From positions 3,772 through 67,771 of the forward strand of contig CAIRTQ010000036.1 of NCBI GenBank assembly GCA_903881545.1: DNA of 64,000 bases, written 5' to 3'. The position numbers and the translations under genes are program-made. Below the pieces are notes generated by a model that saw only the letters and a list, made by a program, of their open reading frames with translations, made no database searches and had not been told where the DNA came from. Below are positions 18,956 to 29,053 of the stretch, one piece after another. This DNA is from an uncultured Elusimicrobia bacterium. Lineage in GTDB: Bacteria > Elusimicrobiota > Elusimicrobia > UBA1565 > UBA9628. The first letter of the stretch is position 1. Every line of letters starts with the position of its first letter.

Positions 18956-21274
18956 CTACTTCTTGGCCCGGATGGCCGCCAGCACCTTCTCCGGTGTGAA
19001 CGGCGGGTTGAACAGCCGCACCCCCACCGCGTTGTAGATCGCGTTGGCGATGGCCGGCTGGGGCCCGTTGATTCCGATCTCGGAAACCGACTTGGCCCCG
19101 AACGGCCCGTCCGCCTCGTAAGTCGGAATCAAGATCGTCTTAAACGGCGGCGCGTCCGCGGCCGAGAAGATCTTGTAGTTCCGGAACGAAGCATTGAGCA
19201 TGGCCCCCGAGGGGCTAAACCGCATCTCCTCCGTCAGAGCGTAGGAGAGGCCGTTCAAGACCGCGCCGTCGTTCTGGCCTTCCGCCAGCGCCGGATTGAT
19301 CGCGGTGCCGCAATCCACCGTGGAGACATAGTCCAGGATCGTCACCTGGCCCGTCTCCGTGTCCACCTCCACCTCGGCGAAGTGCGCCGCGAACGGCGGT
19401 GGCGAGCTCTGCGCGATGTGCGAGGCCACGCCCATGATCTGGTGCTGGTCGTGGTAGTAGAACGCGGTGTTGGCCACTTCCGCGAGGGCGCAGCTGCGCC
19501 CCGAGCGGCCCACGGCCTTGCCGTCCTTGAGGTCGATGTCCTCGGGCTTCTCATCCAGGATCTTGGCCGCGATCTTGAGGATCTGCTCCCGGGCGTGCAG
19601 GGCGGCCTTCTTGACCGCGTTGCCAGAAATGAAGGTGGTCGAGGAGGCGTAGGCTCCCACGTCGAAAGGCGTCAGGTCGGTGTCCGAGGACAGCACGATC
19701 ATGTCCTTGGCGGTCACGCCCAGGACCTCGGCCGCGATCTGGGCCAGCACCGTGTCGGAGCCCGTGCCCAGATCGGTGGCGCCCATGTGAAGGTTGAAGG
19801 AACCATCCTCGTTCATCTTGAGGAAGGCGGCGGCCATGTCCACCTCCGGGATGCCGGAGCCCTGCATCAGGCAGGCGCAACCCACGCCCCGGCGCTTGAC
19901 GCCCGTCTGCTTGGCGTTGCGCTTCTTCTTCTCTTCCCAGCGGAAGGCGGCCAGGCCTTGGGAGATGCACTCGTCCATGCCGCAGGAGCCGATCTTCTGC
20001 TCGATGCCCTCGCGGCCCTCGCCCATGGCCTTGAAGACCGGGGAGCCTTCGCCGGAGCGGATATAGTTCTTCTTGCGAAACTCGATAGGGTCGAGCCCCA
20101 GCTTCTCGGCCATCATGTCCATCTGGCTTTCCCATGCGAAGAAGCCCTGGGTGGCCCCGAAGCCGCGGTAGGCGCCGCCCACCGGGAGGTTGGTGTAGAC
20201 CGAGCGGCCGATGAATCGGCTATTCTTGGCCTGATACATGGGCAGGGTGTGGGAGCCCGAGCACATCATCACAGTGAGGCTGTGCGCGCCGTAGGCGCCG
20301 TTGTCGCAGTAGACTTCCATGTGCGCATCGGTGATGGTGCCGTCCTTCTTGGCGCCGGTCTTGAGCCGGAGGACGAAGGGATGGCGCGTGCGCGAGGAGA
20401 CGAAGGTCTCCTTGCGGGAGAACTCGATCTTGACCGGCCGCTTGGTCGCCAAGGTCAGGGCCGCGCAGATGGGTTCGAGCAGGACCTCCTGCTTGGAGCC
20501 GAAGCCTCCTCCGATGCGCGGCTTGATGACCCGGATGGACTTCAGCGGCAGCTGCAGGACGCGTGCCGTGATGCGCCGCGCGTGGAAGGGGACCTGGGTC
20601 GAAGTGCGTATGACCAGCCGGCCGTCGCCGTCGAAATAGGTGACGGTGACATGGGGCTCCAGCGCGCAGTGCTGGGCCCACTGGGTCTTATACCACTGGT
20701 CTACCACCACTTCGGCCTCGGAGAACCACTCCGACTCCTTGACCTCAAAGTCGAACTTGGCGCAAATATTGTGCTGGGCGTCCGGGATGTTCTTGGAGTC
20801 GGCCTCGTCGTGGATGACGGGCGCGCCCTCCTGGATGGCCTTCATGGTGTCGAAGACCGCGGGCAGGACTTCGTAGTCCACCTGGATCTTGGACAGGGCC
20901 TCCTCGGCAGCCTCGGGCGTCTCGGCGGCAACGGCCGCAATACGGTCGCCCACATAGCGGGCCTTCTCGCTGAGGACCAAGGTGTCGTAGGGCGAGGGCT
21001 CGGGGTAGCCCTGCCCGGCCGTGGTGTGGCGCACGCGGGGCAGGTCTTCGTGGGTCAGCACCGCCAGCACTCCCGGCACCTTCTTGGCCGCCCGGGTGTC
21101 GATGCTCTTGATGCGGGCGTGCGCGTGGGGGCTGAACAGTATCCGACCGGTGAGCAGGCCCCGAATGTCCAGATCGTCGGTGAACTGGGCCGTGCCGCAG
21201 GCTAGGGCCAGCGCGTCGATCTTCTCGACGCGGTGATTGACGACCGTGAATTCCCGCTTATCCGAGACGCTCAT
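18956..21274 (-). CDS. Xanthine dehydrogenase / aldehyde oxidase family molybdopterin-binding large subunit
   Basis: About 770 aa from MSVSDKREF. GGGFGSK motif of XDH-type enzymes rather than the CODH VAYRCSFR loop. ATGA overlap with the 2Fe-2S subunit. Confidence 0.85.
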   Translation of the reverse strand: MSVSDKREFTVVNHRVEKIDALALACGTAQFTDDLDIRGLLTGRILFSPHAHARIKSIDTRAAKKVPGVLAVLTHEDLPRVRHTTAGQGYPEPSPYDTLVLSEKARYVGDRIAAVAAETPEAAEEALSKIQVDYEVLPAVFDTMKAIQEGAPVIHDEADSKNIPDAQHNICAKFDFEVKESEWFSEAEVVVDQWYKTQWAQHCALEPHVTVTYFDGDGRLVIRTSTQVPFHARRITARVLQLPLKSIRVIKPRIGGGFGSKQEVLLEPICAALTLATKRPVKIEFSRKETFVSSRTRHPFVLRLKTGAKKDGTITDAHMEVYCDNGAYGAHSLTVMMCSGSHTLPMYQAKNSRFIGRSVYTNLPVGGAYRGFGATQGFFAWESQMDMMAEKLGLDPIEFRKKNYIRSGEGSPVFKAMGEGREGIEQKIGSCGMDECISQGLAAFRWEEKKKRNAKQTGVKRRGVGCACLMQGSGIPEVDMAAAFLKMNEDGSFNLHMGATDLGTGSDTVLAQIAAEVLGVTAKDMIVLSSDTDLTPFDVGAYASSTTFISGNAVKKAALHAREQILKIAAKILDEKPEDIDLKDGKAVGRSGRSCALAEVANTAFYYHDQHQIMGVASHIAQSSPPPFAAHFAEVEVDTETGQVTILDYVSTVDCGTAINPALAEGQNDGAVLNGLSYALTEEMRFSPSGAMLNASFRNYKIFSAADAPPFKTILIPTYEADGPFGAKSVSEIGINGPQPAIANAIYNAVGVRLFNPPFTPEKVLAAIRAKK

Positions 21275-21798
21275 TTCTTTGCTCCCTGGGGCTTGCGCAG
21301 CCGCCGGGCGGCCAGCAGCGCGCCCTCGACCTGCTTGACGTAACCCGTGCAGCGGCAGAGGTTGCCGTCCAAAGCCCGGCGCACCGCGCCCTCGTCGGGG
21401 TCCGGGTCCTCGTCCAAAAGGGCCTTGGTGACCAGTACCATGCCCGGGATGCAGAAGCCGCACTGCACCGCGCCCACGTCGGCGAAGGCCTGCTGGATGG
21501 GATGGGGCTGGTTCGGCGTGCCCAGGCCCTCGATGGTCGTCACGCGCCGGCCGTGCGCCTGGGCCGCGAACATCATGCAGGAAAGCGCGGGCTTGTCGTC
21601 CAAGAGGATCGTGCAGGTGCCGCAGTCGCCGCCGTCGCAGCCCTTCTTGACGCCCTTATAGCCCTCGCGCCGCAGGGCGTCCAGGAGATATTCGCCGGGG
21701 GCCACCTTCATGGCCACCGCCTTGCCGTTGATATTGACCAGGATATCGAGCTTGCCGTCCACTACCCGCAGCGTGCCGCGTCCTTTCTTTTGGGGCAT
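21271..21798 (-). CDS. [2Fe-2S] iron-sulfur subunit of the molybdenum hydroxylase
   Basis: CDGGDCGTC and CGFCIPG / CRCTGY cysteine motifs of XdhA/CoxS-type subunits. Confidence 0.9.
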   Translation of the reverse strand: MPQKKGRGTLRVVDGKLDILVNINGKAVAMKVAPGEYLLDALRREGYKGVKKGCDGGDCGTCTILLDDKPALSCMMFAAQAHGRRVTTIEGLGTPNQPHPIQQAFADVGAVQCGFCIPGMVLVTKALLDEDPDPDEGAVRRALDGNLCRCTGYVKQVEGALLAARRLRKPQGAKK

Positions 21799-21807
21799 GA
21801 TGTCTCC

Positions 21808-22659
21808 TCAGGCTTGAAAAGCTTCGCACAGCGCCCGCCGCACCAGCACTCCGGCCATCTCACGGGCGTAGGCCTTGGCCGCGGAACCGGCCGCAAGTTC
21901 CTCCAGTTCCGCGACGACCGCCGCGGCCGCCTTGCGGGCGATCGCCTCCGTCGCGGGCTGACCCGCGAGCAGGGCTTCGGCCCGAGCCATGCGCGCGGCC
22001 CGGGGGATGACGGCGCTCACCGCGATGGCGCCGCCGCGGCAGACGCCGCCCTTGCGGTCCACCACCACCACGCAACTGGCGTAGGATTCCCAATCGCTCT
22101 TCGTTAACGCGAGCCGCTCGGAGGCGGCAGCCCATTTTTTGGTGCGCGCCGGCACGCGGACCTCGGTCAGCAGATAGCGCGAGCCGAATTCGCGCATGCC
22201 CTCGGGCTTGAGCAATTCCGCGAAAGGCAGGACTTTCTCGCGCCGACCGTCCGTGCCCACGACCACGGCGTCCAAAGCCAGGAACAGGGGCGGGAGGTTA
22301 TTATAAGGATGCGCCCGCACCACGTTGCCGCCCATGGTTCCCATGCCCCGAGAGAACGAGTTGCTGCCGAAGCCGGCGGTCTTGGCGATGACCCCGCAAG
22401 CCCAGCGGGCCAGCAAGGGCGATTTCTCCATCTCGTCTATGGTGCACAAGGCGCCGATGCGCAGCCAGGCCTTGTCGGCCTTGATGTGCTTGAGCGGCAG
22501 GTCCGAGATGTCCACCACGGTGTCCACCGCGGGCGGGATGGCGCGCGCCAGGCGAGTGCCGCCCGCCACGATGAGAGCTTTGGATTTGAGGCGGTTCATG
22601 AGCCCCACCGCCTCCGAGACGCTGGCGGGGAAACAGAACTGCCGGATGTTGTTTTTCAT
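21808..22659 (-). CDS. FAD-binding subunit of the molybdenum hydroxylase (CoxM/XdhB-like)
   Basis: 283 aa with ALIVAGGTRL FAD-binding PCMH-type motif. Confidence 0.85.
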   Translation of the reverse strand: MKNNIRQFCFPASVSEAVGLMNRLKSKALIVAGGTRLARAIPPAVDTVVDISDLPLKHIKADKAWLRIGALCTIDEMEKSPLLARWACGVIAKTAGFGSNSFSRGMGTMGGNVVRAHPYNNLPPLFLALDAVVVGTDGRREKVLPFAELLKPEGMREFGSRYLLTEVRVPARTKKWAAASERLALTKSDWESYASCVVVVDRKGGVCRGGAIAVSAVIPRAARMARAEALLAGQPATEAIARKAAAAVVAELEELAAGSAAKAYAREMAGVLVRRALCEAFQA

Positions 22660-22674
22660 ATTGAGGGCTCCGGG

Positions 22675-22953
22675 CTAACCTCCCGATATGGGAGGGAAGA
22701 TGTGCAGGACGTTGCCGTCTTTGAGGCGGACCTTCTTGAGGGCGCCGCGGTCGAGGATCTCCGAGTCGAGCGCCAGGAGGAACTCGTTGCGCACCACGCC
22801 CTTGTCGTCGAACAGTATCTTGGCGACCTCGGAACCGCCCAGGGCCGCGACCGCCGCGACCGCGTCGGCCGCGGTGGCGCCCTCGACCCAGACCTGGTCC
22901 TTGCGCAGGCGCAGGCGCAGAGTGGTGTAGAGCTTGACCAGTATCTGCGGCAT
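22675..22953 (-). CDS. MoaD/ThiS-family ubiquitin-like sulfur-carrier protein (ends -GG)
   Basis: 92 aa from [13 protein letters not shown]..., beta-grasp-like, C-terminal PISGG. ATGA overlap with the upstream amidohydrolase. Confidence 0.7.
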   Translation of the reverse strand: MPQILVKLYTTLRLRLRKDQVWVEGATAADAVAAVAALGGSEVAKILFDDKGVVRNEFLLALDSEILDRGALKKVRLKDGNVLHIFPPISGG

Positions 22954-24320
22954 CAGGCCGCCTTCTCCAGCATCTCCTGGGAGAGCTTGTTGGCTTGGCG
23001 GGCCAACGCCACCTGGTCCACCAAAGCGAGCCGCCCATTCTCCACCACGGGACGGCCGTCGACTAGCACATGTTTGGCCCTGACGCCGGCGCCGCAGAAC
23101 AGCACGGCCGCCACGGGGTCGGACAAAGAGCCCGCGAAATCGATGTCGCTCAAATCGAAGATGGAAAGGTCGGCCGCCTTGCCCGGGGAAAGCTCGCCGA
23201 TATCGTCGCGGCCCAGCACCTCGGCGCCGCCGCGCGTGGCCAGCCACAGGGCGTCGCGCGCCGGCATGGAGTCCACGCCGGATTTGACCCGGGCCACGAG
23301 CATGGCCTGGCGCGCCTCGGGGAGCATGGCGGAGCTGTCGTTGGAAGCCGAACCGTCCACTCCCAAGCCCACGGGGACCCGGTCCTTAAGATACATGCGC
23401 ACGGGCGCGATGCCCGAGCCCAGGCGCAGGTTGGAAGAGGGGCAGTGGGCGACCCCGGTGCGGGTCTGACCCATGAGCCGCGACTCGGCCTCGTTCATGT
23501 GCACGCAGTGGGCAAACCAGGCCCGGCCCCCCTCCAGCCAACCCACGGACTCCATGTAGGCCAGGGGCCGCATCTTGTGGGTGGCGAGGCAGAAGGCCTC
23601 CTCGTCGATGGTCTCGGCCAGATGGGTGTGCAGGCGCACATCCCACTGCTTGGCCATCACGGCGGAGAGCTTGAGGAGTTCGGTCGTGACCGAGAAGGGC
23701 GAGCAGGGCGCCAGAGCGATGCGCGTCATGGCGCAAGGCTTGCGGTCGTGGTAGGCCTGGACCAAGCGCTCGCAGTCCCGCATGATCTCGTCCTCGGTCT
23801 GCACCACATCGTCGGGCGGCAGGCCGCCCTTGGACCGGCCGCGCGACATGGAGCCGCGGCAGGCGTGGAAGCGCATGCCCACGGAGCGCGCGCCCTCGAT
23901 TTCCCGGTCGATGAGGTCCGCGCTCTTGCCGCCGGGAAACAGGTAGAAGTGGTCGGAGCTGGTGGTGCAACCGGTCAGGAGCAGTTCGCCCAGTCCGACT
24001 TGGGCGCTCACATAAACGCCCTCGGGGGTGACATGGCGCCAGACTTCATAGAGATAGAGGAGCCAGTCGAAAAGCTTGCTATCCTGGACCGCAGGCAGGT
24101 TGCGCGTCAGGGTCTGATAGAGGTGGTGGTGGGTGTTGACGAAACCGGGCAGAACCACGCAATCCTTGGCATCGATGACGCGGTCGGCCCGGGCCTGGAT
24201 GTCCCGGCCCACCTGCTTGATGAGGTTTCCCTCGACAAGGATATCGCCGCCCGCAATCTCCTCGCGGGCGTCGTTCATGCGCGCGATGCGCAGGGCGTTC
24301 TTTATAAGGATGGTTTTCAT
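22953..24320 (-). CDS. Metal-dependent amidohydrolase of the chlorohydrolase / cytosine-guanine-deaminase (SsnA/8-oxoguanine deaminase-like) family
   Basis: 455 aa from [17 protein letters not shown] metal-binding motif and later HCVHM / DGSASND motifs. Confidence 0.8.
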   Translation of the reverse strand: MKTILIKNALRIARMNDAREEIAGGDILVEGNLIKQVGRDIQARADRVIDAKDCVVLPGFVNTHHHLYQTLTRNLPAVQDSKLFDWLLYLYEVWRHVTPEGVYVSAQVGLGELLLTGCTTSSDHFYLFPGGKSADLIDREIEGARSVGMRFHACRGSMSRGRSKGGLPPDDVVQTEDEIMRDCERLVQAYHDRKPCAMTRIALAPCSPFSVTTELLKLSAVMAKQWDVRLHTHLAETIDEEAFCLATHKMRPLAYMESVGWLEGGRAWFAHCVHMNEAESRLMGQTRTGVAHCPSSNLRLGSGIAPVRMYLKDRVPVGLGVDGSASNDSSAMLPEARQAMLVARVKSGVDSMPARDALWLATRGGAEVLGRDDIGELSPGKAADLSIFDLSDIDFAGSLSDPVAAVLFCGAGVRAKHVLVDGRPVVENGRLALVDQVALARQANKLSQEMLEKAA

Positions 24321-24331
24321 GCAGGAATTAG

Positions 24332-25171
24332 ATGTGTCGCGCTTATGATAACATATCTTTTCGTGTGCTAACTTCAACGCAAAAGAAGCGATTGCGGGCC
24401 CTTTTGGGCTCGCGCCGGAGCCTGGACCAAGCCGGGGTTTCGTCGTTGGCCGCACAAGCCAAAGCCCCCCTGCGCGAGGTCGAGGCTTTCGCCTTGTCCC
24501 AGGGCGCGACTCCCAAGCGCTACGAACGCAACCTGGGCACCTTGGGCCGCGACGGCCAAAGCCGGCTTTTAGGGGCCTCGGTCTTGGTGGTGGGCCTGGG
24601 CGGCCTGGGCGGCCATGTGGTGGAGATGCTGGCGCGGCTGGGCGTAGGCCGCATCACGGGCGTGGACGGAGACAGCTTCGACGAGACCAACCTGAACCGC
24701 CAGATCTTCGCGGACTTGGAGAACCTGGGCCGCCCCAAGTCTGAAGTGGCGCGGGAGCGCGTGCGGCGCATCAACCCGGCCGTGGAGTTCACACCTCATG
24801 CCGCGCGCCTGGAGACCTTGGGGCCTGGGATGTTGCGGGGCTGCGGCTTGGCGTTCGACTGCCTGGACAGCATCCCGTCAAGGCTCGCCTTGGCCGCGTT
24901 GTGCTCGCGCGCCCGAGTGACCTTGGTGCACGGCGCCATAGCGGGCTGGTGCGGACAGGTGGGCGTCTGCCCGCCGGGCGGGGATCTGTTCCACAAACTC
25001 TACGGCGAGGCCAAGGGCCCGCGCGGGGCGGAGGTAGAGCTGGGCAATCTGCCCATGACCGCGGCCGTTGCCGCCAATCTGATGGTGGCCGCGGGTCTGC
25101 CGATCCTGCTGGGCAAGCCGGTGCCGCGGCGAAGCCTCCGCTTCTTCGACCTGCAGGAAGGAAACCTCTAG
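24332..25171 (+). CDS. ThiF/MoeB/HesA-family E1-like adenylyltransferase (start uncertain)
   Basis: [11 protein letters not shown] nucleotide-binding loop with [13 protein letters not shown]. Divergent to the amidohydrolase-MoaD operon. Only 11 bp separates the two ATGs, so the true start may be an internal TTG. Confidence 0.7.
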   Translation: MCRAYDNISFRVLTSTQKKRLRALLGSRRSLDQAGVSSLAAQAKAPLREVEAFALSQGATPKRYERNLGTLGRDGQSRLLGASVLVVGLGGLGGHVVEMLARLGVGRITGVDGDSFDETNLNRQIFADLENLGRPKSEVARERVRRINPAVEFTPHAARLETLGPGMLRGCGLAFDCLDSIPSRLALAALCSRARVTLVHGAIAGWCGQVGVCPPGGDLFHKLYGEAKGPRGAEVELGNLPMTAAVAANLMVAAGLPILLGKPVPRRSLRFFDLQEGNL

Positions 25172-26235
25172 TCTCCCAACACGGACTCCGGGCGCAGGTA
25201 GTGGCAGGTGTAGCCGTGCGGGTGATTCTTCAAGTAGTCCTGATGGCTTCCCTCGGCCCGGTAGAAAGGCCCCGCCTTCACGATCTCGGTGACTATGGGG
25301 CCGCCCCAGTGCCCTTTCTTATTCAGATGCGCCTTCATGGTCTCAGCGGCCTTGCGCTCGTCCTCGGTGTGGTAGAAGATGACCGAGCGATAGGAGGTGC
25401 CAACATCATTGCCTTGCCGGTCCGGGGTGGTCGGATCATGCATCCGAAAGAACCAGCGCAAGAGCTGTTCAAACGACAATTTATCCGGATCGAAGACCAC
25501 GCGCACGGCTTCCGCGTGGCCGGTCTCCCCAGAATGAACATCCTCATAATGGGGGTCCTTCATGTTGCCCCCGATGTAACCGACATCGGTGCGCAGAACC
25601 CCAGGGACATTGCGCAAGATCGCCTGCATGCCCCAGAAGCAGCCGCCCGCTAGCTCGACGATCTCTTCGCGGGGAGTCTTCTTGGCGGCGGCTTTCTCCG
25701 CCACCCCGAACGACTTCAGGTATCGGCCATAGCCTTCCGCCTCTAGGCGGTCCAGGGGGATGAACCGTAGCGAGGCGGAGTTGATGCAATAGCGCAGCCC
25801 GGTCGGCGCGGGGCCGTCGTTGAAGACATGGCCGAGGTGCGAGCCGCCCTGGCGCGAGCGGACCTCCGTGCGCTCCATCCCGAAGGACCGATCCGTCTTC
25901 TCAGTGACCTCGTCTTTGGCGATGGGCTTGGTGAAGCTGGGCCAGCCTGACCCGGAATCGAACTTGTCGAGCGAAGAGAACAAAGGCTCGCCGCTCACCA
26001 CGTCGACATATATGCCGGGCTCATGGTTGTTCCAATAGGCATTGTGGAAAGCAGGCTCCGTCCCCCCCTGGCACGCCACCTGGAACTGTTCGGGCGTCAG
26101 CTTGCTCCTCAAATCGTCATCCGAGGGCCGCTGGTAGGAAGTACCGGTCTTATCCATGTTCATATCCTGGGCCGACATGCAGAGTGTTCCAAAGGTCCCG
26201 ATCAGCAATAGCGTCGCTCCGAACCCTGATGGCAT
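25168..26235 (-). CDS. msrAB: Bifunctional peptide-methionine sulfoxide reductase MsrB-MsrA with signal peptide
   Basis: MsrB SelR signature ([29 protein letters not shown]) followed by MsrA GGCFWG. N-terminal hydrophobic leader. Confidence 0.85.
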   Translation of the reverse strand: MPSGFGATLLLIGTFGTLCMSAQDMNMDKTGTSYQRPSDDDLRSKLTPEQFQVACQGGTEPAFHNAYWNNHEPGIYVDVVSGEPLFSSLDKFDSGSGWPSFTKPIAKDEVTEKTDRSFGMERTEVRSRQGGSHLGHVFNDGPAPTGLRYCINSASLRFIPLDRLEAEGYGRYLKSFGVAEKAAAKKTPREEIVELAGGCFWGMQAILRNVPGVLRTDVGYIGGNMKDPHYEDVHSGETGHAEAVRVVFDPDKLSFEQLLRWFFRMHDPTTPDRQGNDVGTSYRSVIFYHTEDERKAAETMKAHLNKKGHWGGPIVTEIVKAGPFYRAEGSHQDYLKNHPHGYTCHYLRPESVLGD

Positions 26236-26270
26236 CACATATTCTCCTATATTCTGCATATTAAGAGATA

Positions 26271-26294
26271 ATATCCCGATGGATATCCCGATGG
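26271..26294. repeat. Perfect 12-bp tandem duplication ATATCCCGATGG x2 in the msrAB / GDT1 divergent region
   Basis: Read directly from the sequence. Creates two in-frame ATGs (MDIPMDW). Confidence 0.8.
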
Positions 26295-26872
26295 ATTGGA
26301 AACTGTTCTTATCCCTGTTTGCGTTGATCTTTGTCGCGGAGCTTCCCGGGAAGTCCACCTTGGCCAGCCTCCTCATGGCCGCGCGCGCAAAGCCTCTGCC
26401 GGTCTTCCTCGGCGCCTGCGCGGCCTATGTCGTTCATAGCGCGCTCGCCGTGGCGGCAGGGAGTTTGGTCGGGCTCCTGCCGGTTCGCCCGGTCCAAATA
26501 GCGGTTGGGACGATCTTTCTGGCCTTGGCAGTGTTCCTCTGGCGGCATCAAGGGATGACCCCATACGAAACGAGCGCGTCCGGAGCGCGCTCTACCAAGA
26601 CAATGATGACGGCATTCACCGTGGTCTTCATCGCACAATGGGGCGACCCGACCCAGATAGCGACCGCGGCCCTGGCCGCCAAGTACGCCTCCGCGCCCTG
26701 GACAGTCTTTCTTTCAGCGACGCTGGCGCTTGGGGCCGTCACCGGCCTGGCCGTCATCATCGGCCATCACGCCAAGACAAAATTCCATCCGGCCGCTCTT
26801 CAGAAGGTCGCTTCAGTTATCTTCGCCGGGGTCGGGCTCGTCCTCCTGGCCCAAGCCATCCGCCATCCCTGA
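26279..26872 (+). CDS. GDT1/TMEM165 (UPF0016) family cation transporter
   Basis: Two E-x-G-D-K/R-T/S motifs (AELPGKST and QWGDPTQIA), 6 TM segments. Confidence 0.75.
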   Translation: MDIPMDWKLFLSLFALIFVAELPGKSTLASLLMAARAKPLPVFLGACAAYVVHSALAVAAGSLVGLLPVRPVQIAVGTIFLALAVFLWRHQGMTPYETSASGARSTKTMMTAFTVVFIAQWGDPTQIATAALAAKYASAPWTVFLSATLALGAVTGLAVIIGHHAKTKFHPAALQKVASVIFAGVGLVLLAQAIRHP

Positions 26873-26883
26873 CCGCAAGCCGC

Positions 26884-29007
26884 CTACGCCAGATCCACCC
26901 AGTCCCACTCCTTCTCATACAGCGCCAGCAGACGCGCGCGCAAGCCGGCGTGCTCCGGCAGCAGCAGCTTGGCATCCTCGCTCAAGGCCCGCTCCGCGTC
27001 CTGCCGCGCCACGGACAAGAGCGCCGCGTCCCTGAACACATCCCCCATCTTCAAGGCCACTTCCCCATGCTGGGCCGTGCCCATGAACTCTCCCGGCCCG
27101 CGCAGTTTCAAATCCTCCTCCGCGATCCTGAACCCGTCCGAAGATGCCGCCAGCGTCTCCAGCCGATGCCGGGCCTGGGGCGTCTTGGGCTGGGCCACCA
27201 AGAAGCAAGTAGAATCCAGCCGCCCCCGGCCGATGCGCCCGCGCAACTGATGCAAGGACGCCATGCCGAATCGGTCCGCGTTCTGGATCACCATCACGGT
27301 CGCGTTGGCCACATCGATGCCCACCTCGATGACCGGCGTCGCCACCAGCACCTGCCACTGCCCCGCGGCGAACTCGCTCATAATCTTCGCCTTCTGCCCT
27401 CCCGGCATGGCCCCATGGATGAGCGCCACCTTCAGGCCCGCCAAAGGCCCGGCACGCAGGCGCTCGTACTCCATCTTGGCCGACTGTAAGTCTAGGCGGC
27501 TGGACTCCTCGATGATCGGATAGACGATGTAAGACTGGCGGCCGGCCGCGGCCTCGGCCTTCACTAATTCCAAGGCCTCGGCCTCCGGCGCCCGCACGGT
27601 CCGCGCCGTGGTCTTGCCCGGCGGCAGTTCGTCCAAGGTGGAGACATCCAGGTCACCGTAAAGCGCCAGCGCCAGGGTGCGCGGGATGGGCGTCGCGGTC
27701 ATGACCAAAAGGTCCATGAGCCCGCTCTTCTGGCGCAGGGTGGTGCGCTGGCGCACGCCGAAGCGATGCTGCTCGTCTACCACCGCCAGGCGCAGGCGCG
27801 GGAACTGCACATCCTCCTCCAAGAGCGCGTGCGTGCCCACCACGATGTCCGCCTCGCCGCGGCGCACCTGGGTGAGGGCCGCCTCGCGCTCCTTGGCCTT
27901 TAGGCGCGAGGTCAGCAGGACGGCGCGCACCGGCAGGCCGCGCAGAAAATTGAGCATGGTGCCCAGGTGCTGGTCCGCCAAAATCTCGGTCGGCGCCATG
28001 AACGCGCCCTGGAAGCCGTTCTCCACGGCCAGCAGCAGCGCCGAAAGCGCCACCACGGTCTTGCCCGAGCCCACGTCGCCTTGCAGCAGGCGCGTCATGG
28101 GCCGGCCTTGTCGCATATCGTCGAAGATCTCGTTGATGACCCGGATCTGCGCGTGGGTCAGCTCGAATCCCAACTGCTTGCGGAACGGCGTCAGCAAGGA
28201 CCTCTTGATCTCATAGCCGAAGCCCTTGACCAGGACCTGATTTTGCCGGCGCTTCAAAAACCAGGCCAGCTCCAACAGCAGGAACTCATCGTAAGCCAAG
28301 CGGTTGCGCGCCGCGTCGCGCTCAGGCCACGAGGCCGGAAAATGCGCGCCGCGCAGGGCTTGAACATAAGACAGAAGGCCCCTTTCTTGCAGGAGGCGCG
28401 GCGGCAGGCTCTCGTGCAATTCGCCGTCGGCCGCGGTCAGTGCCCCCTGCACCAGCTCCCGGAGCAGACGCTGGGAGATGCCCTCGGTCAGGTCGTAGAT
28501 CGGCACGATGCGGCCCACATGCAGGCTGGCCCGGGGGTCGTCTGCGAGGTAATACTCTTCAGCCCGCACCTCGCGCGCGCCCAAGAGGTCCGGCTCGCAG
28601 CGGCCCACCACCCAAACCTCGGCCCCCGGCGCCATGTCGCGCTTCAACGAGGTGAAGACATCGTAGCGGCGGGTCGCATGCTTGAACCAAAGGGCCGCGA
28701 TCTCGCCGGCAGGCGTAGCCAGGATAGCCTTGAAGATGGACATGCGCGGGCCGGCCCGATGGCCCTCGGCCCGGACCACGCGGCCCCGGACCACGGCCAG
28801 CGGGCTCTCGGCCGGCCGCGAGAGGTCCGTGGGCTCCCGCCGATCCTGCCAGTCGCGCGGATAATGCCCCAGAAGGTCGGCCAGGCTCTCGATGCCGAGA
28901 CGGGCCAGGGCCGCGGCGCGGCGGGGGCCGACCCCTTTCAGGAACTGGACCGGCTGCTTGAGGTGATCTCCCCCGACTCCAGAATCCCGCGAAGCAAGTT
29001 GCCCCAT
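26884..29007 (-). CDS. recG: ATP-dependent DNA helicase RecG
   Basis: Wedge domain, DVGSGKT Walker A, DEQHRFG motif II. Start taken at ATG 29007. Confidence 0.9.
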   Translation of the reverse strand: MGQLASRDSGVGGDHLKQPVQFLKGVGPRRAAALARLGIESLADLLGHYPRDWQDRREPTDLSRPAESPLAVVRGRVVRAEGHRAGPRMSIFKAILATPAGEIAALWFKHATRRYDVFTSLKRDMAPGAEVWVVGRCEPDLLGAREVRAEEYYLADDPRASLHVGRIVPIYDLTEGISQRLLRELVQGALTAADGELHESLPPRLLQERGLLSYVQALRGAHFPASWPERDAARNRLAYDEFLLLELAWFLKRRQNQVLVKGFGYEIKRSLLTPFRKQLGFELTHAQIRVINEIFDDMRQGRPMTRLLQGDVGSGKTVVALSALLLAVENGFQGAFMAPTEILADQHLGTMLNFLRGLPVRAVLLTSRLKAKEREAALTQVRRGEADIVVGTHALLEEDVQFPRLRLAVVDEQHRFGVRQRTTLRQKSGLMDLLVMTATPIPRTLALALYGDLDVSTLDELPPGKTTARTVRAPEAEALELVKAEAAAGRQSYIVYPIIEESSRLDLQSAKMEYERLRAGPLAGLKVALIHGAMPGGQKAKIMSEFAAGQWQVLVATPVIEVGIDVANATVMVIQNADRFGMASLHQLRGRIGRGRLDSTCFLVAQPKTPQARHRLETLAASSDGFRIAEEDLKLRGPGEFMGTAQHGEVALKMGDVFRDAALLSVARQDAERALSEDAKLLLPEHAGLRARLLALYEKEWDWVDLA

Positions 29008-29018
29008 GACCAACTATA

Positions 29019-29033
29019 TTGTAAAATTTACAA
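29019..29033. promoter_or_regulatory. Perfect 15-bp palindrome TTGTAAAaTTTACAA in the 46-bp recG / rpmB divergent spacer (candidate operator)
   Basis: Read directly from the sequence. Overlaps a TATATT -10-like hexamer. Confidence 0.4.
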
Positions 29034-29053
29034 CCTCAATAAAGGAAATAACC

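Noticed and set aside
18932-21205. 757-aa plus-strand ORF
   Set aside because: Antisense shadow of the Mo-subunit gene, which itself has clear XDH motifs.
21274-21463. N-terminal 63-aa extensions of the Mo subunit, and similar extensions of the GT2, MFS, rSAM, amidohydrolase, MoaD, lysC and OPT ORFs
   Set aside because: The extensions are Arg/Gly/Pro-rich read-through with no homology. Internal Met starts coincide with 4-nt overlaps or RBS-like sequences and match family N-termini.
18956-22659. Carbon-monoxide dehydrogenase (CoxLMS) annotation
   Set aside because: The large subunit has the XDH/aldehyde-oxidase GGGFGSK motif, not the CODH VAYRCSFR active-site loop.
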